The translations under genes and the position numbers were made by a program. The notes below the pieces were generated by a model. It did no database searches, was not told the origin of the DNA, and saw only the letters and a list, made by a program, of their open reading frames with translations. A DNA stretch of 63,584 bases, filler included, from Syncephalis fuscata S228 (lineage: Eukaryota; Fungi; Zoopagomycota): NCBI GenBank assembly GCA_025786725.1. It is 3 parts of 3 records of this genome, joined end to end, with 100 filler letters (N's around TTAATTAATTAA, not from the genome) between each part and the next. Parts side by side here need not be neighbours in the genome. Positions count along the whole stretch, not along the records: positions 51,538 to 63,584 come from JAHLTZ010000276.1; 2 more parts are not named here. One strand, given 5' to 3'. Below are positions 51,538-63,584 of this stretch, piece by piece (position 1 is the stretch's first letter; every line of letters starts with the position of its first letter).

Positions 51538-54085
51538 ATATTATTCGTAAATTTCAAATTGATTCACTTTGTCATATACATATATACATATTATACTTTA
51601 TCATCAATATCCATGCACTTTCTTTGACTATTCAACTGAGTTTACCTCATTTTATTAGCTTACAGCCAAGTATACGATATAAATAGAAAATAAAGACAAA
51701 AAGCAGCGAGTCTACAACAACGGCTATATCAGATTGTGAAATAGTCAATGGTTTGCTAGTTAGTATAGTTTATGCACACCAATATCGTATCTATAATTAC
51801 AAACATAGTAAACATTTGTCAATGTATGTTATTTAGTATTGGCAGCTAATTAACAAAGTTTAGTATTATTTAACTTTGTAATGATCATCATATTAGCTTG
51901 TTGATAAATCTAAATAAACATCTAGCAAAATTCAACATAGCTTAAACGCAATCATAATAAAATGCAATGCTAAACAGTGTTTATTTGATATGTTGATGGC
52001 CTAAACTCCCACCCATCAGCGTCGGTCTATACGGTCTTCAGCTATCATAATCAAGATGTGCCGTGGCTGCTGTTTTACCATTGCTTATAACACAAACAAT
52101 ATCAGAAACTACTCAGTCAGGCGACATACATGACTAGATAAACAGAAACGAACAACCAACAACGCTGAACCCATACCCACGTCTAGGCCATCTACACACA
52201 AACAAGAAATCTAAAATGCAATAACAGCAGTGCAATAGCACACTGTTGCGATATTATACAGCCAACACAACTACATCGCCATTTTTACGCAGTTGAAGAT
52301 AACAACTTAGATGGCACAAACAGTATAGCACCTTAAACCAAAGTTGTGCCAATTAAGGCGCTTTAACTGCCAAAACAACAATGCCATTATGACAACTGCT
52401 TAACATCACCTACAAGCAAGAAATAGTGATATGTATATACACACACCTGAGTGTACATACAAGCACCACCATACAATACACATAGTGGACTACAGCATAA
52501 ATTAGGTTGCTTTAACACAGGGCTGCCGATCGGCGCACTGTGGTCGAGCCGGCTACTTCCCTCATTTAGACAAGTAAAGTATGCCGAGCAGTTGCATATT
52601 GTATGGCTTCACAAGCAAGCAGTTACAGTGCGCCATATAAAGCTATGCATTCCGCTAAACATTGTAAGTTACGAACATATGAAATAGTAGAATGCACCTG
52701 CCAATTAGTTAAAGAACAAATGTAAAATCAAAAGGCGTAATTAAGATTACGTGTTTTAATGGGGAATGTGTTATGTAGGCACACGTGTGTACGTTTAGCG
52801 CAGAAGCAAGCACTCAGCATTATCCAATGGATTGAATCCATTAAGCAGAGTGAAAAAAGAAACAGAATAGGCCAGCTTAAAGAAAGGCGTGTTATGCAAT
52901 GGTGTGTAACATAAATGCATATTCAGTAAGGGCGAATATCATTGCAAGGCAAAGAACTATTTGTTCAATTGAACAGTGCGATGATTCAGTAAAAATAAAA
53001 TGGTTGAATACGGATTATTGCGTTACCAATATACCAATCTAATGTAAATGAACAAATAATAGTGATTTACTTATCTATCGCGGTAATACAATTACGAAAT
53101 AGTCTGAACTTGTTTCATTGCTTTCTTTGATGGATATGCACGTCAGTGCTAGCAAAAATGCAAGCTAGTGAAAAAAGTTGCAACATAAAAATAGGCGTAT
53201 TACCATTTCAAGATTGCAGTCTTGTTTAAATTATCATCAGTTGATGGAATATGTCTAAGCAATTACCAATTAAATAAGATATGTATGCTATTAATCAATG
53301 TTGAAATAACATCCAGTTGAAATAAAAGACTTTGCACTGAATTTTTAAATATCTTTGTTAAAAATGATTTACAAGTATGTACAGTAAGCTATACATTCAA
53401 GCCTTAGCTATAAAACAAACGTTTTTGTAAAGCCAATTTATTTGGTATTTCATGCATGTTACACAGTGTCATTAGCATCAATCATTAGCACTTGTCTACT
53501 TTCCTATACAACTTGCTATATTATAGTAACTAAATATAGCTAATAAAGATTATATGTTATTTGAATACGTTGTTATATTTTATTTATCTCAGTAGCATCC
53601 ATATTGCCAGATATTTTTGCATAAACTTTATTAAAATATGCCCACTATTTGCGTATGAATGTCAATCAAACTAACTCTCAAAATGCTTACTCTGTGCTAC
53701 TGCGTGTGTGCCGGTGCGTTTCCCAATCGGTAAACGGTGGTTTTAGCAACACATCTTTCAAGCTTGACAATCAGTTGCACTCATTGATTTGTTGTACAAT
53801 TGCTAGCCAATTGGTCATATACTGACATATGATTAATAAAAAACCAAATGTTTAGAAACACATTTATAGCGCAACTAGTCATGTCGTAATGGTGCTGTTT
53901 CAAATGTACTATGACACATCGCCCATGCTTGTTAGCCTATTTATTAAATAAATATATGAGTTGTTCAATATAGTATTCGCGTAATGAACTTTTTCTAAAA
54001 GCTTTATATCATTATTTGATACGTGTGTTTTGATTTTATCTTGCAGTATTATAACATCTCTTAAATATCTAAGTTTATATACATC

Positions 54086-56726
54086 ATGGACAGCCCAAAC
54101 AATCCATTTAGTTGTATCAATGCTGCTTCGTCTATAAATAATCCTCCTCGTATCTCATTGCCTCCTCCCGCTTCGCCATTTGTAGCTGAACCTGTTACAT
54201 ACTCTGCTACTAAAGATATTTCTTATGAATTATCTTCAGCGGTCCAAGTAACAAACACAGCCTATGTGCCCGCTCTTGCCTCGCCATTCGTTACGCCTAA
54301 TAACTCTGTAGGAAGCATATATGAAAAGCTTCCTACAGCATGGGCAACATTGAGCGAGGCAGAGCGGGCAGAGGTAGCGGGATGGATTGAAGTTGTTGAT
54401 GACAAAAATACAGGTAAGTAAATATATCATTAATAAGCAATTGACATAACCATCTATTTAAAGAACATCTTCTGAAACATGGAGAAATATTCAATGCTGG
54501 CCAAGTTATTTCCAGGTAAGTTATACAGCGTATAAAACTAGTACTTTACTATATAGTACTATATCATGATTTGTATTACATAACAAATATATACAAACCA
54601 ACAATAGCTGATTTAATTAAACATAATGCTAATGAACCATACCACACAACATTTATTAATACAATGATTTATTTGATTTAGCACAAGTGAAATTCAAAAT
54701 AATAAGCAAGCTAATTATTTCTCCATATTTATGGTAAGTAATATATGTCATTTTATTAGAATAGCAATAATAACTGCAATTACTATTTAGGAAAATAATG
54801 AGATAACATTTAAAGTAAGTAACTGCTATAACAATCAATAGTAGTATTAAATATGTAATTAGAGTTTGATGAACGGAGAAATAATGGGTAAATAACAATT
54901 ATTATTAGCCATTACACAGCACTGATAAAATGTTTAGTTAACGGCGCCAAAATCGAATCCGAAGCCACATGTGTGTTAAATAACAATAGCTTTATTCAGC
55001 TTTATAACCACAATGGTAAGCTCTATTAATTTATAAAAATCACTGCTAATCAGTTATTTTAGTATTTTATATTGTATATAAATTTGAAAAGCTGGAACTG
55101 AGAATTGGCGATCCAAGTCTCGATTTTGGCCTGGTAAGTTGGCAATATCTAAATATGATACTTTATAACAGCCAACACAGTTATAGGCCATTAACAATAA
55201 ATATGCTGTGACAAGCCAGCTACTTGGACAGTAAGTGTGTATATCATTCAAACTGTATTATCTTTAACCTGAATTTAGTGGCACATACGGCGACGTGTTT
55301 TATGGTGAAACACGCGACAACAAGACGCCCATTGCTGTCAAAATATGTGACAAAAAGAAGATTAAGGGAGCGACAGAGGATGACAGTGTGAATGAACTTG
55401 AAGAAAAAAATGCCATGGTCGCTGCTGCTCAGGGCCATCCAAATATTATCAAGCTAGTGAATACCCATCAAACAGAAGGGTATAACTACTTGATATTTGA
55501 GTATGCAGCTGGCGGCGACCTGCTCAGCTACTGCAAATGCCATGGCCGGCTAGCTGAGCAGGAGGCCAAACACATATTCAAACAATTGTTAGAAGGAGTT
55601 AAGGTAAGCAATAATTTTATTTAATAATGTTACTAACTTTAAATTAGCATCTTCATGCAAAAGATATTGTTCATCTTGGTAAGTTAAAATTAAAATTATT
55701 TATATAGCTAACAAAACTGCTATTACTATTATTTAGATATTAAGGTAATTAACTAAATGAATGTTTACATTCATTATTTCAATTCTAACCACACATTAGC
55801 CGGCAAATATTCTACTCAGAAAGCATGTCAAATATCCGTCCATTATAATTACGGATTTTGGCACGGCACTCAGACTGAAGCCAGAGAAGCCAGTATTTAA
55901 TAAGATACGTGGCAGTAATGGCTACATGGCACCAGATGTTATTCTTCGCGCCGGTTCTAGGGATCAATTGATTATGAAGTTACTACGACAACATAAAAGC
56001 TTATCAGCTATATTAAATGTGCAATTTCTTGAACAAGGATACGGTAAAGAGGTTGACCTATGGAGTCTTGGTGTCACATTGTGTTATATGCTTTCAAGTA
56101 AGTATTTGTAAATTTGGCAGCTTTATTAATTTATTATTTTAATCAAGACAAACTTCCATACAAAGCTGATGATAGTAGTACAACTGAAGATTATATCATC
56201 GATATACTAAGCAGTCCACTGAATTTTGGTGATAGCTGGGATGGAGTATCAGAAAAAGGTAAGTATTTTACAAGATAATACTAAATACAAAACCAATTTT
56301 GATTTTTCTGTAGCACGCAATCTAATCTGCGGTCTTTTGGCTGTTGACCGCACATTGCGTTTAACGGCAAAACAAGCTTTGGAAAGCGAATGGCTTACGG
56401 AATCACCAGAAAACCCCAGCGATTCAGAGTTGATTCAAGCGACATTAGAAGAAGAAGAAATAGTAGTAGTAGAAGCAGAGGCTGACCAACAAGAAGTAGT
56501 AATAGAAGAAAAAGAACCAACCGAGAAGGAAGAAGAGATAATAACTAACAATGCTGAAGAGGAAGTATACAAAAATTCAACTGCATCAAACGCGGAAAAT
56601 GCAGTTCAAGAACACGCTGCTGTTCCTACAAATCAATATGGTATTAAACGGGCGCGTTCAACAAGTATAAGTAGCGACCAACGTCCAGTCAAGATTTCCA
56701 AAAAATGTAGGTGTTTATTAAAATAA
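54086..56726 (+). CDS. CAMK-group Ser/Thr kinase, possibly with a degenerate N-terminal FHA domain (multi-exon)
   Basis: LG|SGTYGDV, IAVKI, HPNIIKL, FEYAAGGDL, HL|DIK|PANILL, TDFG, GSNGYMAPDV, DLWSLGV and RLTAKQAL. An upstream exon, NGAKIESEATCVLNNNSFIQL, resembles an FHA C-terminus. Confidence 0.85.
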
Positions 56727-56914
56727 TTTGGTACATATGCTAATGGAATAATTACAGGCAACATTTTGTAATGATTTGTGTCATTCAATATTCATATATT
56801 AAAATAAATATTGAAATTAGTACAACGTAATGATTTTTATTTATATTAGTTTTATGCTAATATTAAATTATCTATTTATTATTAACATGATATGGGATTA
56901 AATGATTTTTCTTG

Positions 56915-57964
56915 TAACATTCGCGTAGTTAAACTACATTTTTGTTCTATTGAACATGAGACAAGTGGTGAGTTTTATTTAATCATCACATCATCACATT
57001 TATTGTGACTTGGTAGTCAAATGACTATTTTTAATAACACCCAATCTATTGAACATGATGATGGGTGGTGAGTGACATTAATCATCAAATACTCATCGTT
57101 GTGGATTCATTATCCAATATGCATATATTCAGTATACATATATAGTATATGCACTTATATCATTCCCATTCTATCCACACTATCATATATCATTTTACGA
57201 TATACTAGATATGTTTTATTGTTTATATGTTCCATTACATTTCACTTATTCCACCCATTGCATTATATGCACTATAACTTCAACATTGTTTTATGTACTT
57301 TCTTACCGTACACTTTTCATTTTATTTATTATTCCATACTCATATAGCCATGCTCTATCCAAAACCATTTTAATTTTTGATTTTGATTTATTATTAATAA
57401 ATTCAACTAATGTCGGTCATTTGCTCATGCATTTATACTCAATAACTTTAACTGCCAATATCGTTCAATATTGCATATTCATTATAATGTTTATCATTTT
57501 ATTATACATTGGCCATACGCTGTCTATAACCGTTGTCGGTATGGTTTCAACTTTTTTATTAATAAAAATTAACTTATTGCACTTAGTTTATTCACTAAGT
57601 TATATTAGTGGAACAAATAATATGAATATGAATTGAATTGTTTTATTAAGATTATTTATAAATAAACTAGATCATGCTAATTAGTTATTATTTTAATGTT
57701 AATCAAGCAAATTGACGGATATAAATAGTAATAACACATACTATGATGATATATGCATACTGGACAATAGACCTACAATGATGAGTATTTGATGATTGAT
57801 GTCACTCATCACTCATCATTATGTTTAATAAATTGGCTGTTATTAAAAATAGTCATTTGACCACCAAACAAAAGATAAATGTGATGATGTGATGATTAAA
57901 CAGAGATTACCACTTAATTCCATGATTAACAGAACAATTGTGAGGTTCACGTAAGCGAATATTA
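56915..57964. mobile_element. Non-autonomous element with long diverged terminal inverted repeats
   Basis: 56915-~57105 is an imperfect reverse complement of ~57772-57964, e.g. aatcatcacatcatcacatttat / ataaatgtgatgatgtgatgatt and tcaaatgactatttttaataaca / tgttattaaaaatagtcatttga. Confidence 0.75.
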
Positions 57965-58039
57965 TTAAATTTAATAATTTGCAAATGGCTATGGTTTTCA
58001 TTAATAAATAATGATAATAAAGCTTTATTTATTTTTTGT

Positions 58040-58553
58040 TTACAATCGAGCTTTATCACCATCTACTAAGATACAAGGACCGCCATATATAATGTTGAGC
58101 TGTGCTTCAGTGGCATATTGAATACATTCCTCGTTTTCTGCACCAGGTTGTAGCCAAAGATACGGTATACCTAATTCCTTGGCTTGTTTCAATACGGCCA
58201 GCGTCACTCGCGGCGGCGTAATAACCGAAACAGCCGTATGAGTAGGCTCGGAAAGTGTTGTTAGATTGGCCAAGCAAGCAAGACCTTCTATTTCTTGTTC
58301 ATTCTATATTTACGACAGTTTAGAATAGTTTAATATAGTTGTACCGTAATACTTACTGGATTAATTGGTACTACTGGTAAGTTGCGTTCTTGGTACCTAG
58401 AATAATTTAGCGATTGAATGACTGTAGCAATGAAGTAGTGCGCTTAATAGCTTACCAGCGTAGCACTTTGTTTCCAAACTTTTCACGTGCTATACTAGCA
58501 CCTACAACAGCGAATTGCTTTTGAAGCATGAATTCCTTTAGAAGATGAGGCAT
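58040..58553 (-). CDS. CoA-binding domain protein (YccU/CoA_binding_2 family)
   Basis: Spliced: FAVVGASIAREKFGNKVLRWYQERNLPVVPINP...VSVITPP...LWLQPGAE...GGPCILV. Confidence 0.9.
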
Positions 58554-58798
58554 ACTATAATAGTAGAGTAAAAATGGTAACAGTAATGGCAGCAGTAGTG
58601 GTGATAATCAGTTTATAAACTGGTCACAGGAAACTATAAATCAATTATAATTATTTGTAATAAATAATAGTAGTAATAAATGTCATAATATTAATATTAT
58701 ATTCATCTAGTAGCTATTGTCATTGCATGGAATACATGGCTCACCCGTTGACTTAAGGCGAGTCTTTTAAGTTTATTAAGATAATGTTAGTTATTTGT

Positions 58799-59719
58799 TT
58801 AGCGGCTTTGTTGGACTGATGGTCCAAAACTACACTCGGCCAAATGGCTGATCGTTTCAATAGGTGCGCCACGTCCCTGCCATAGATGGGGCATATCGAT
58901 CTGTTCCTCATCGATTGATCCTGCTGCTTGTCGTCGTGGTCGAACCCAGACGAGCCGACCAACAAACGTACGTACTAGGCGAATGGTTTCGAGATCTGCG
59001 TCGATATGAATTGCCGGTGTCAAATGCCGTACAATATGCGCTACTCCTTCAGACGTCTCGCAAAATACCACCTTGTGTTCATCGAGACATGCACCGCTTG
59101 ATTGCTGATTCGTTTTAGCACTGGTATCCGTATTCTTAGCCGGCGCCAAAAGTCCAGCATCGCTTAGCATGCGCATCACTTCATCCTTTTCCTCAATCGT
59201 TGTTACCGGCATTATAAGATACAAATCATAATTGGCCGCATAATAGCGTAGCAAACTAACTGCATGCTGAAGAAATCCAAGCGTGGGTGTACTCGGATCT
59301 GGTGATGGATTCCAAAGAATAACCTACAATTTATCAAGTATTAGAGGATATTTGCGTGTCTTTAATTAACGGCAACATACATTACGTAAAGATATTGTCA
59401 TGGCACGGCGGACGGCATTTGCTGATTTACCTGACTGGTTCAAGTTATATTATAATATACAGGTTAATAAAACCGCTAAGCCAAGTCTTTCAACGATCTT
59501 GCTTACCCCGGAGCCGGCCGACAGGTTACCATTATTGGAACGGCGCCCATTACGCGCAACGTTTGGATCGTTATTGTTACTGTCACCTCCACCGCCAAAC
59601 CATAGTCGACGGTATAAGTAGAATCCAATGGCTACAGCTGCTGTGGCCACAACCACGGTAGCTGCAATACCGCTATTATGTAAAGCAAGGCTTTGTGTTT
59701 GCTTTCGTCGGTTTGTCAT
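58799..59719 (-). CDS. PEX22: Peroxin PEX22-like protein
   Basis: Single N-terminal TM segment followed by basic residues. The C-domain DLYLI...LSDAGLL...KVVFCETSEGVAHIVRHLTPAIHIDAD resembles plant-type PEX22 (VLFCST..GR.SFVRQL.P..HID). Probable indel in exon 1. Confidence 0.7.
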
Positions 59720-60956
59720 GTTGCAGTTGTAATTACAAAAGCTCCACTATAATAATTAATGCTAATAATCAACAAACAAACGTGGAAATGATCAAGGTTA
59801 CAGCGAACAATGAGCTGAACCCACAATTGTTTATAGTCTTCAAAGGTTCTTGTGTTTCTTTAGGTAGATAACTTCAGTGTGCTTACTTAAATAGACAAGT
59901 AGTGGAAAAAGACATAATGGAAATTAAATCGTGCTTTGACTCCCACATTATAAGTCCCCAAAGTAGAATTTGTTCCAATCAAGTTGTATTATTATGCATA
60001 GCATAGATATATTACTTTCTATTAAAATAATGTTAATAAATTAATTTAAATAAGTAATGTAACATATAATTTAATTTCTTTGAAACATTTGAGGTCGAGC
60101 ATTATTGTTGTTGGCTATGTGTAGAAAGATTGATCGAATATTAATAGAAGCCATATAATTACGATTCCATGTCATTCTGCATTTGTTGTTATTATATCTA
60201 TGTACAGCATGGATTATTGCATCTGAATGGTCTGTTTTATTTTCTACTATTCTACTATTGCATTTTGGACATATTTGTAATGTAAACTCAAGATTAATAT
60301 AATTATTATAAAAGTCGTTTATTAAACAGTCATTTCCCTATAGCCAATCTGACTAAATAAATGACAGTATATATATTAAAGAAACAATAAATATAACTAA
60401 TCAATTACATTATTGTATTGATAATTACACATAAATTAATTAATGTTGGATGTAATATTATACATGGAATAGTGATGGATAAGTGCTTAATTGTATTTAA
60501 AAGTGTTGAGGAGTGAAATAGATAAATAAAAATGTGAGAGTCAAAGTACAGTAGCTCCAACTCTATAAATAATAAATAAATTAATAATACTGAATAATAT
60601 ACATCATGCTATATTGTAGAAATGCTGTCTAAATAACAATAAAACATTATTAGTGAAAAGATTAATGCTTTACTAAAATATAAATAGTCATGCGTGTATT
60701 TATATTGAGCGCGCGTTGCACATATTTAAATATGAGAATATTCGATATTTTAAAAGCACGTTGCCAGTCGGACTTTCAGTCTAATTTGTGGTAGTACCAT
60801 TTGCTACTATCTGAATTCAGTCAGATGATCAGACATGGTTTTTTCTCTTATTGTTTAATAATATCGTTGTTTTTTTATTGCACAGACTTGCACTTTTGTG
60901 CGTTTACCACTTTATTTGTCACAGAACTATTTGTCTAAACAATAGAGAGGCTTAGT

Positions 60957-62631
60957 ATGGATGAATTGTTTTCTAAGTTTACTGCTGACGCAATATCGTC
61001 AGTAGGCTGGGCTATTCTTGGTGCTGCTAGCTGTATCACTGTGGTAAGTATATGCTTTTAGCTTATGTTTTTGTTAGTCTATTTTACTTAATAATGTTTA
61101 TTTGTTATAGCAAAAAATCAACAATTATCTAAAACATGGCCAGCGACATTGTTCTCGAAGGTATCGTTATAATGATGCTACAGACGATTTATTGCTTTTA
61201 CGGGATCGTTTTGAAATTAAGTTAAAAATTGTTACACCTGCCATTGATTTGGTGGAGATTATTGCTGCTCGTGGCAATACAGCACTTGCATCTGTCCTTG
61301 AATTAACTACCGCATTAAGGCGGGATATGGATCGATTTGCTATCCGATTAGACGCGGATATAGCCAAGTTGCATGCCGGAAGAAGAAGAAACGCAAATGC
61401 GAAAGAACACGCAGAGGCACAAGCAGTGTCGGCAACATGCTTAACGCAAGAACTTAAAGCACTATTTGCTCGTATCGAAGATGCTGTGCCATTCCTTAAT
61501 TTGGCACTGACTACTTCTGGTGCGAATTTGGGTACAAGTTTGCCTACAAGTGTATCGCCATCACGTTTAATGCAAGCTTCATCGGCATTGGCTGACTGTG
61601 CACGTCGTTTTAACAGCAAAAATGGGCTAAGTGAAGAATTAGTAGGATTTAAATTTAATTTGCAATTATATAGAGTATTCCATGGCTCAATTCGGTCAAG
61701 ATCGTGTAAAGATTGGACATGGGTCATGGAAATGGCTCGATGCACTGGACGTGTAGCACGCGTTCCAGGTGGAGAGGCTGCGGCTGCAGCTTCATCAGAT
61801 CCGGATAATGTACTTGTCAGTACAAGTGACGGTCTTGAATTTGTCTACGATCTAGTGCTTGAAGAAGACTTTAACGACGGTCTTTATCACGAAGAAATTG
61901 CCGACAAAGAAGACGGTGTAGATGCAGGCGAAATACGTGGTCGTGAATGGCGTATTGCTGTTGAAGAAGTTGAGCGGCTTTATTACAGCTCTTCTGGACG
62001 TTTGTTAAACATCGAAGGGGCCAAACACCCAGTGCTTGTATTCAAGGTTGTACGTGGTGCTGGTCGATTAAGGTCGATTGAGCCTGTTCGTCCAAGTACA
62101 CCGCCGCCACGTGGATCGTCAGCCGATAATGCCGATGTCGATTGGTTTGCTATTGAGCTTTATCAAGAAGGCGATATGGTTGGCGATGTTTCCGACGAAG
62201 AGGATGAAGAGGAAGAGGACGCCATAGAGGACGAAGGCAGCGAAACCATATCGTTAACCGACAAATCTCAGTCTAATAATACAGATACAGCTTTTACTAA
62301 TAACAAAAAGCAAAATGATCCATCTCCTTTCTTGTTAGGCTCACCCGCCCCACTACCAATCGATGAAGCATCTAGGCCTACGGCAGCAGCCATGATTGGT
62401 ACACTCAGTCTACTTGAATTTGTTGTTAGATTAAGTGCACTTGAAGTATGTTTACAACGATCGCATTTAGAAGCACCGGATGAAATGATCAATCTATTCC
62501 TTAAAGACGACCAAATGTCAAAGGATAGTGTTGATATCGATGTGGCTGCGTCAAATGCCACATCTATCAACATTTTTACTATTATTGCTATTGCTGTGTT
62601 TATTCTGATAATGTACATTAAATTTACTTAA
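60957..62631 (+). CDS. YRB30: RanGTP-binding protein (Yrb30 family)
   Basis: MDELFSK.., KIVTPAIDLVEIIAARGNTALAS, ARIEDAVPFLNLALTTSGANLGTSLPTSVSPSRLMQAS, EDFNDGLYH, SSSGRLLNIE and LSLLEFVVRLSALE. Probable indel near 61150. Confidence 0.85.
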
Positions 62632-63065
62632 ATACAATCAATTACATTATCAGCACGTATTAATAAAATTCTTAAATATTAAATTGTTAACCAAATGATA
62701 ATGTTGATATAGTCACATTAATATAGCTGCCTAGCTAATGAAGCATATATTACAAGCTTATTGTTAGTATATTTACTTGGTTGTTATTTGCTAGGCATTA
62801 AATTTAAATAAACTTGATTATGATTATACTAGTTTAGTTACATATGTTTAAAATAAAATTGTTGTTTATTGCTAAAAGCTTTTATAGCTGAATAAGTACA
62901 ACTGAGTGTAGACTTGTTGCAGACATTACAATCCCATTGAATAAAGAATGAATAAATCAAAATATTGACTGAGAATCGATATTTAAATAAACTAGTCGGC
63001 AATTGTTGGATAATCTTGATTTTTTACCAAAGATATACCTAAAATATATTAAACTGGTAGTCAGA

Positions 63066-63584
63066 TTACGCTAAAATCCCCGTTTTTCTTATCAAATTAT
63101 CCTTTTATATTTGTAGATACATACGATAAACGTTACATAGTTAATATTCAGGTTATCAATAACTTTTTTAACTTACAATCTGTTAATATCATAGTGCACA
63201 CAGTAGACAGTATATAGTTGGTTCATGTTTGATTAATATATAATTCCACTTACCCTCTATTAATAGCAAGTTATTAAGCACGCATAACACAAAGTATATA
63301 TTTACCACATAGTCAATTAGTATACAAAGCCATTACTTTTTATTAGCGCAAACTATTAAACATATGTAATGTATGATGTGTGTTTAAAGTATAGTTGATT
63401 AATCTACAATTTTACTTACAAGCTAATAGTATTAATTTATTAGTAAACACACAATTCATATTATTTAATTAGTACGTAATTAATTGATTTATAGTATTAC
63501 TTACGGTTGATTAATATTAAGTTGTTGGAACAAACAGCACATACCATTTAATTAGTGCATAATCAACTGCTTTATAATATTGTT
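63066..63584 (-). pseudogene. 3' part of a third 3-nt microexon array gene (runs off the window; possibly decayed)
   Basis: Same ~80-bp unit. Exons are 63505 ACC (acceptor broken), 63420 CTT, 63337 AAA (acceptor taa), 63254 AGG and 63177 ATT, with terminal CG+TAA at 63070-63066. The downstream flank resembles those of copies 1 and 2. Confidence 0.6.

Noticed and set aside
51995-52192. ~200-bp segment bounded by a 12-bp imperfect inverted repeat (gatggcctaaac / gtctaggccatc)
   Set aside because: The repeat is too short, with no TSD, second copy or recognisable RNA motif.
57072-57636. Hydrophobic ORFs of 91 and 141 aa
   Set aside because: They lie in the AT-rich interior of a TIR element, have I/L/Y/F-biased composition and show no family motifs.
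61167-61745. Antisense ORFs over conserved genes (also 50013-50642 and 39834-40076)
   Set aside because: They are shadows of well-supported genes on the opposite strand.

Overview
AT-rich, intron-dense eukaryotic DNA. The gene content (short GT-AG introns, MMAA, TBC1D31, expanded 7TM families) suggests an early-diverging fungus, probably Zoopagomycota/Syncephalis-like; this is an inference. The window is three contigs joined by N-TTAATTAATTAA-N linkers (24567-24666, 51438-51537). The main discovery is a family of secreted-peptide genes, missed by the ORF track, whose mature peptide is encoded by arrays of 3-nt microexons. Each gene has a signal-peptide exon, then tandem ~80-bp units (one intron plus one variable 3-nt exon, tag|NNN|gta), then a terminal NN+TAA exon. 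Copy 1 (576-2852, minus, 21 units) splices to MKFSIGVVCTIFMALVVITATVDAMPTLGRR-DQITFVGGKPA(A)KAAERPFRFD*. Copy 2 (4557-5189, minus, 6 units) splices to MKLSIAAICAIVVALIAATAMVDAKPAPIR-DQPLPVM*. A third, partial and possibly decayed array lies at the window end. A tRNA-derived SINE with a 16-bp target-site duplication (TSD) sits in one intron of copy 1. Other genes: SLC41/MgtE transporter, SRP9, TBC1D31, NECAP, MMAA/MeaB, three ectodomain+multi-TM receptor-like paralogs, an orphan 7TM-like gene, a Rho GTPase, a subtilase fragment, a secreted Asn/Ser/Gly repeat protein, an alpha/beta-hydrolase-PTP fusion, an alpha-arrestin, an FLC/TRP-like protein with an inserted chitin-binding (hevein-like) domain, a P1B ATPase, an FHA-like/CAMK kinase, a CoA-binding protein, PEX22 and Yrb30. 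There are also two long-TIR non-autonomous elements. Several genes carry single-base indels that are probably assembly errors.
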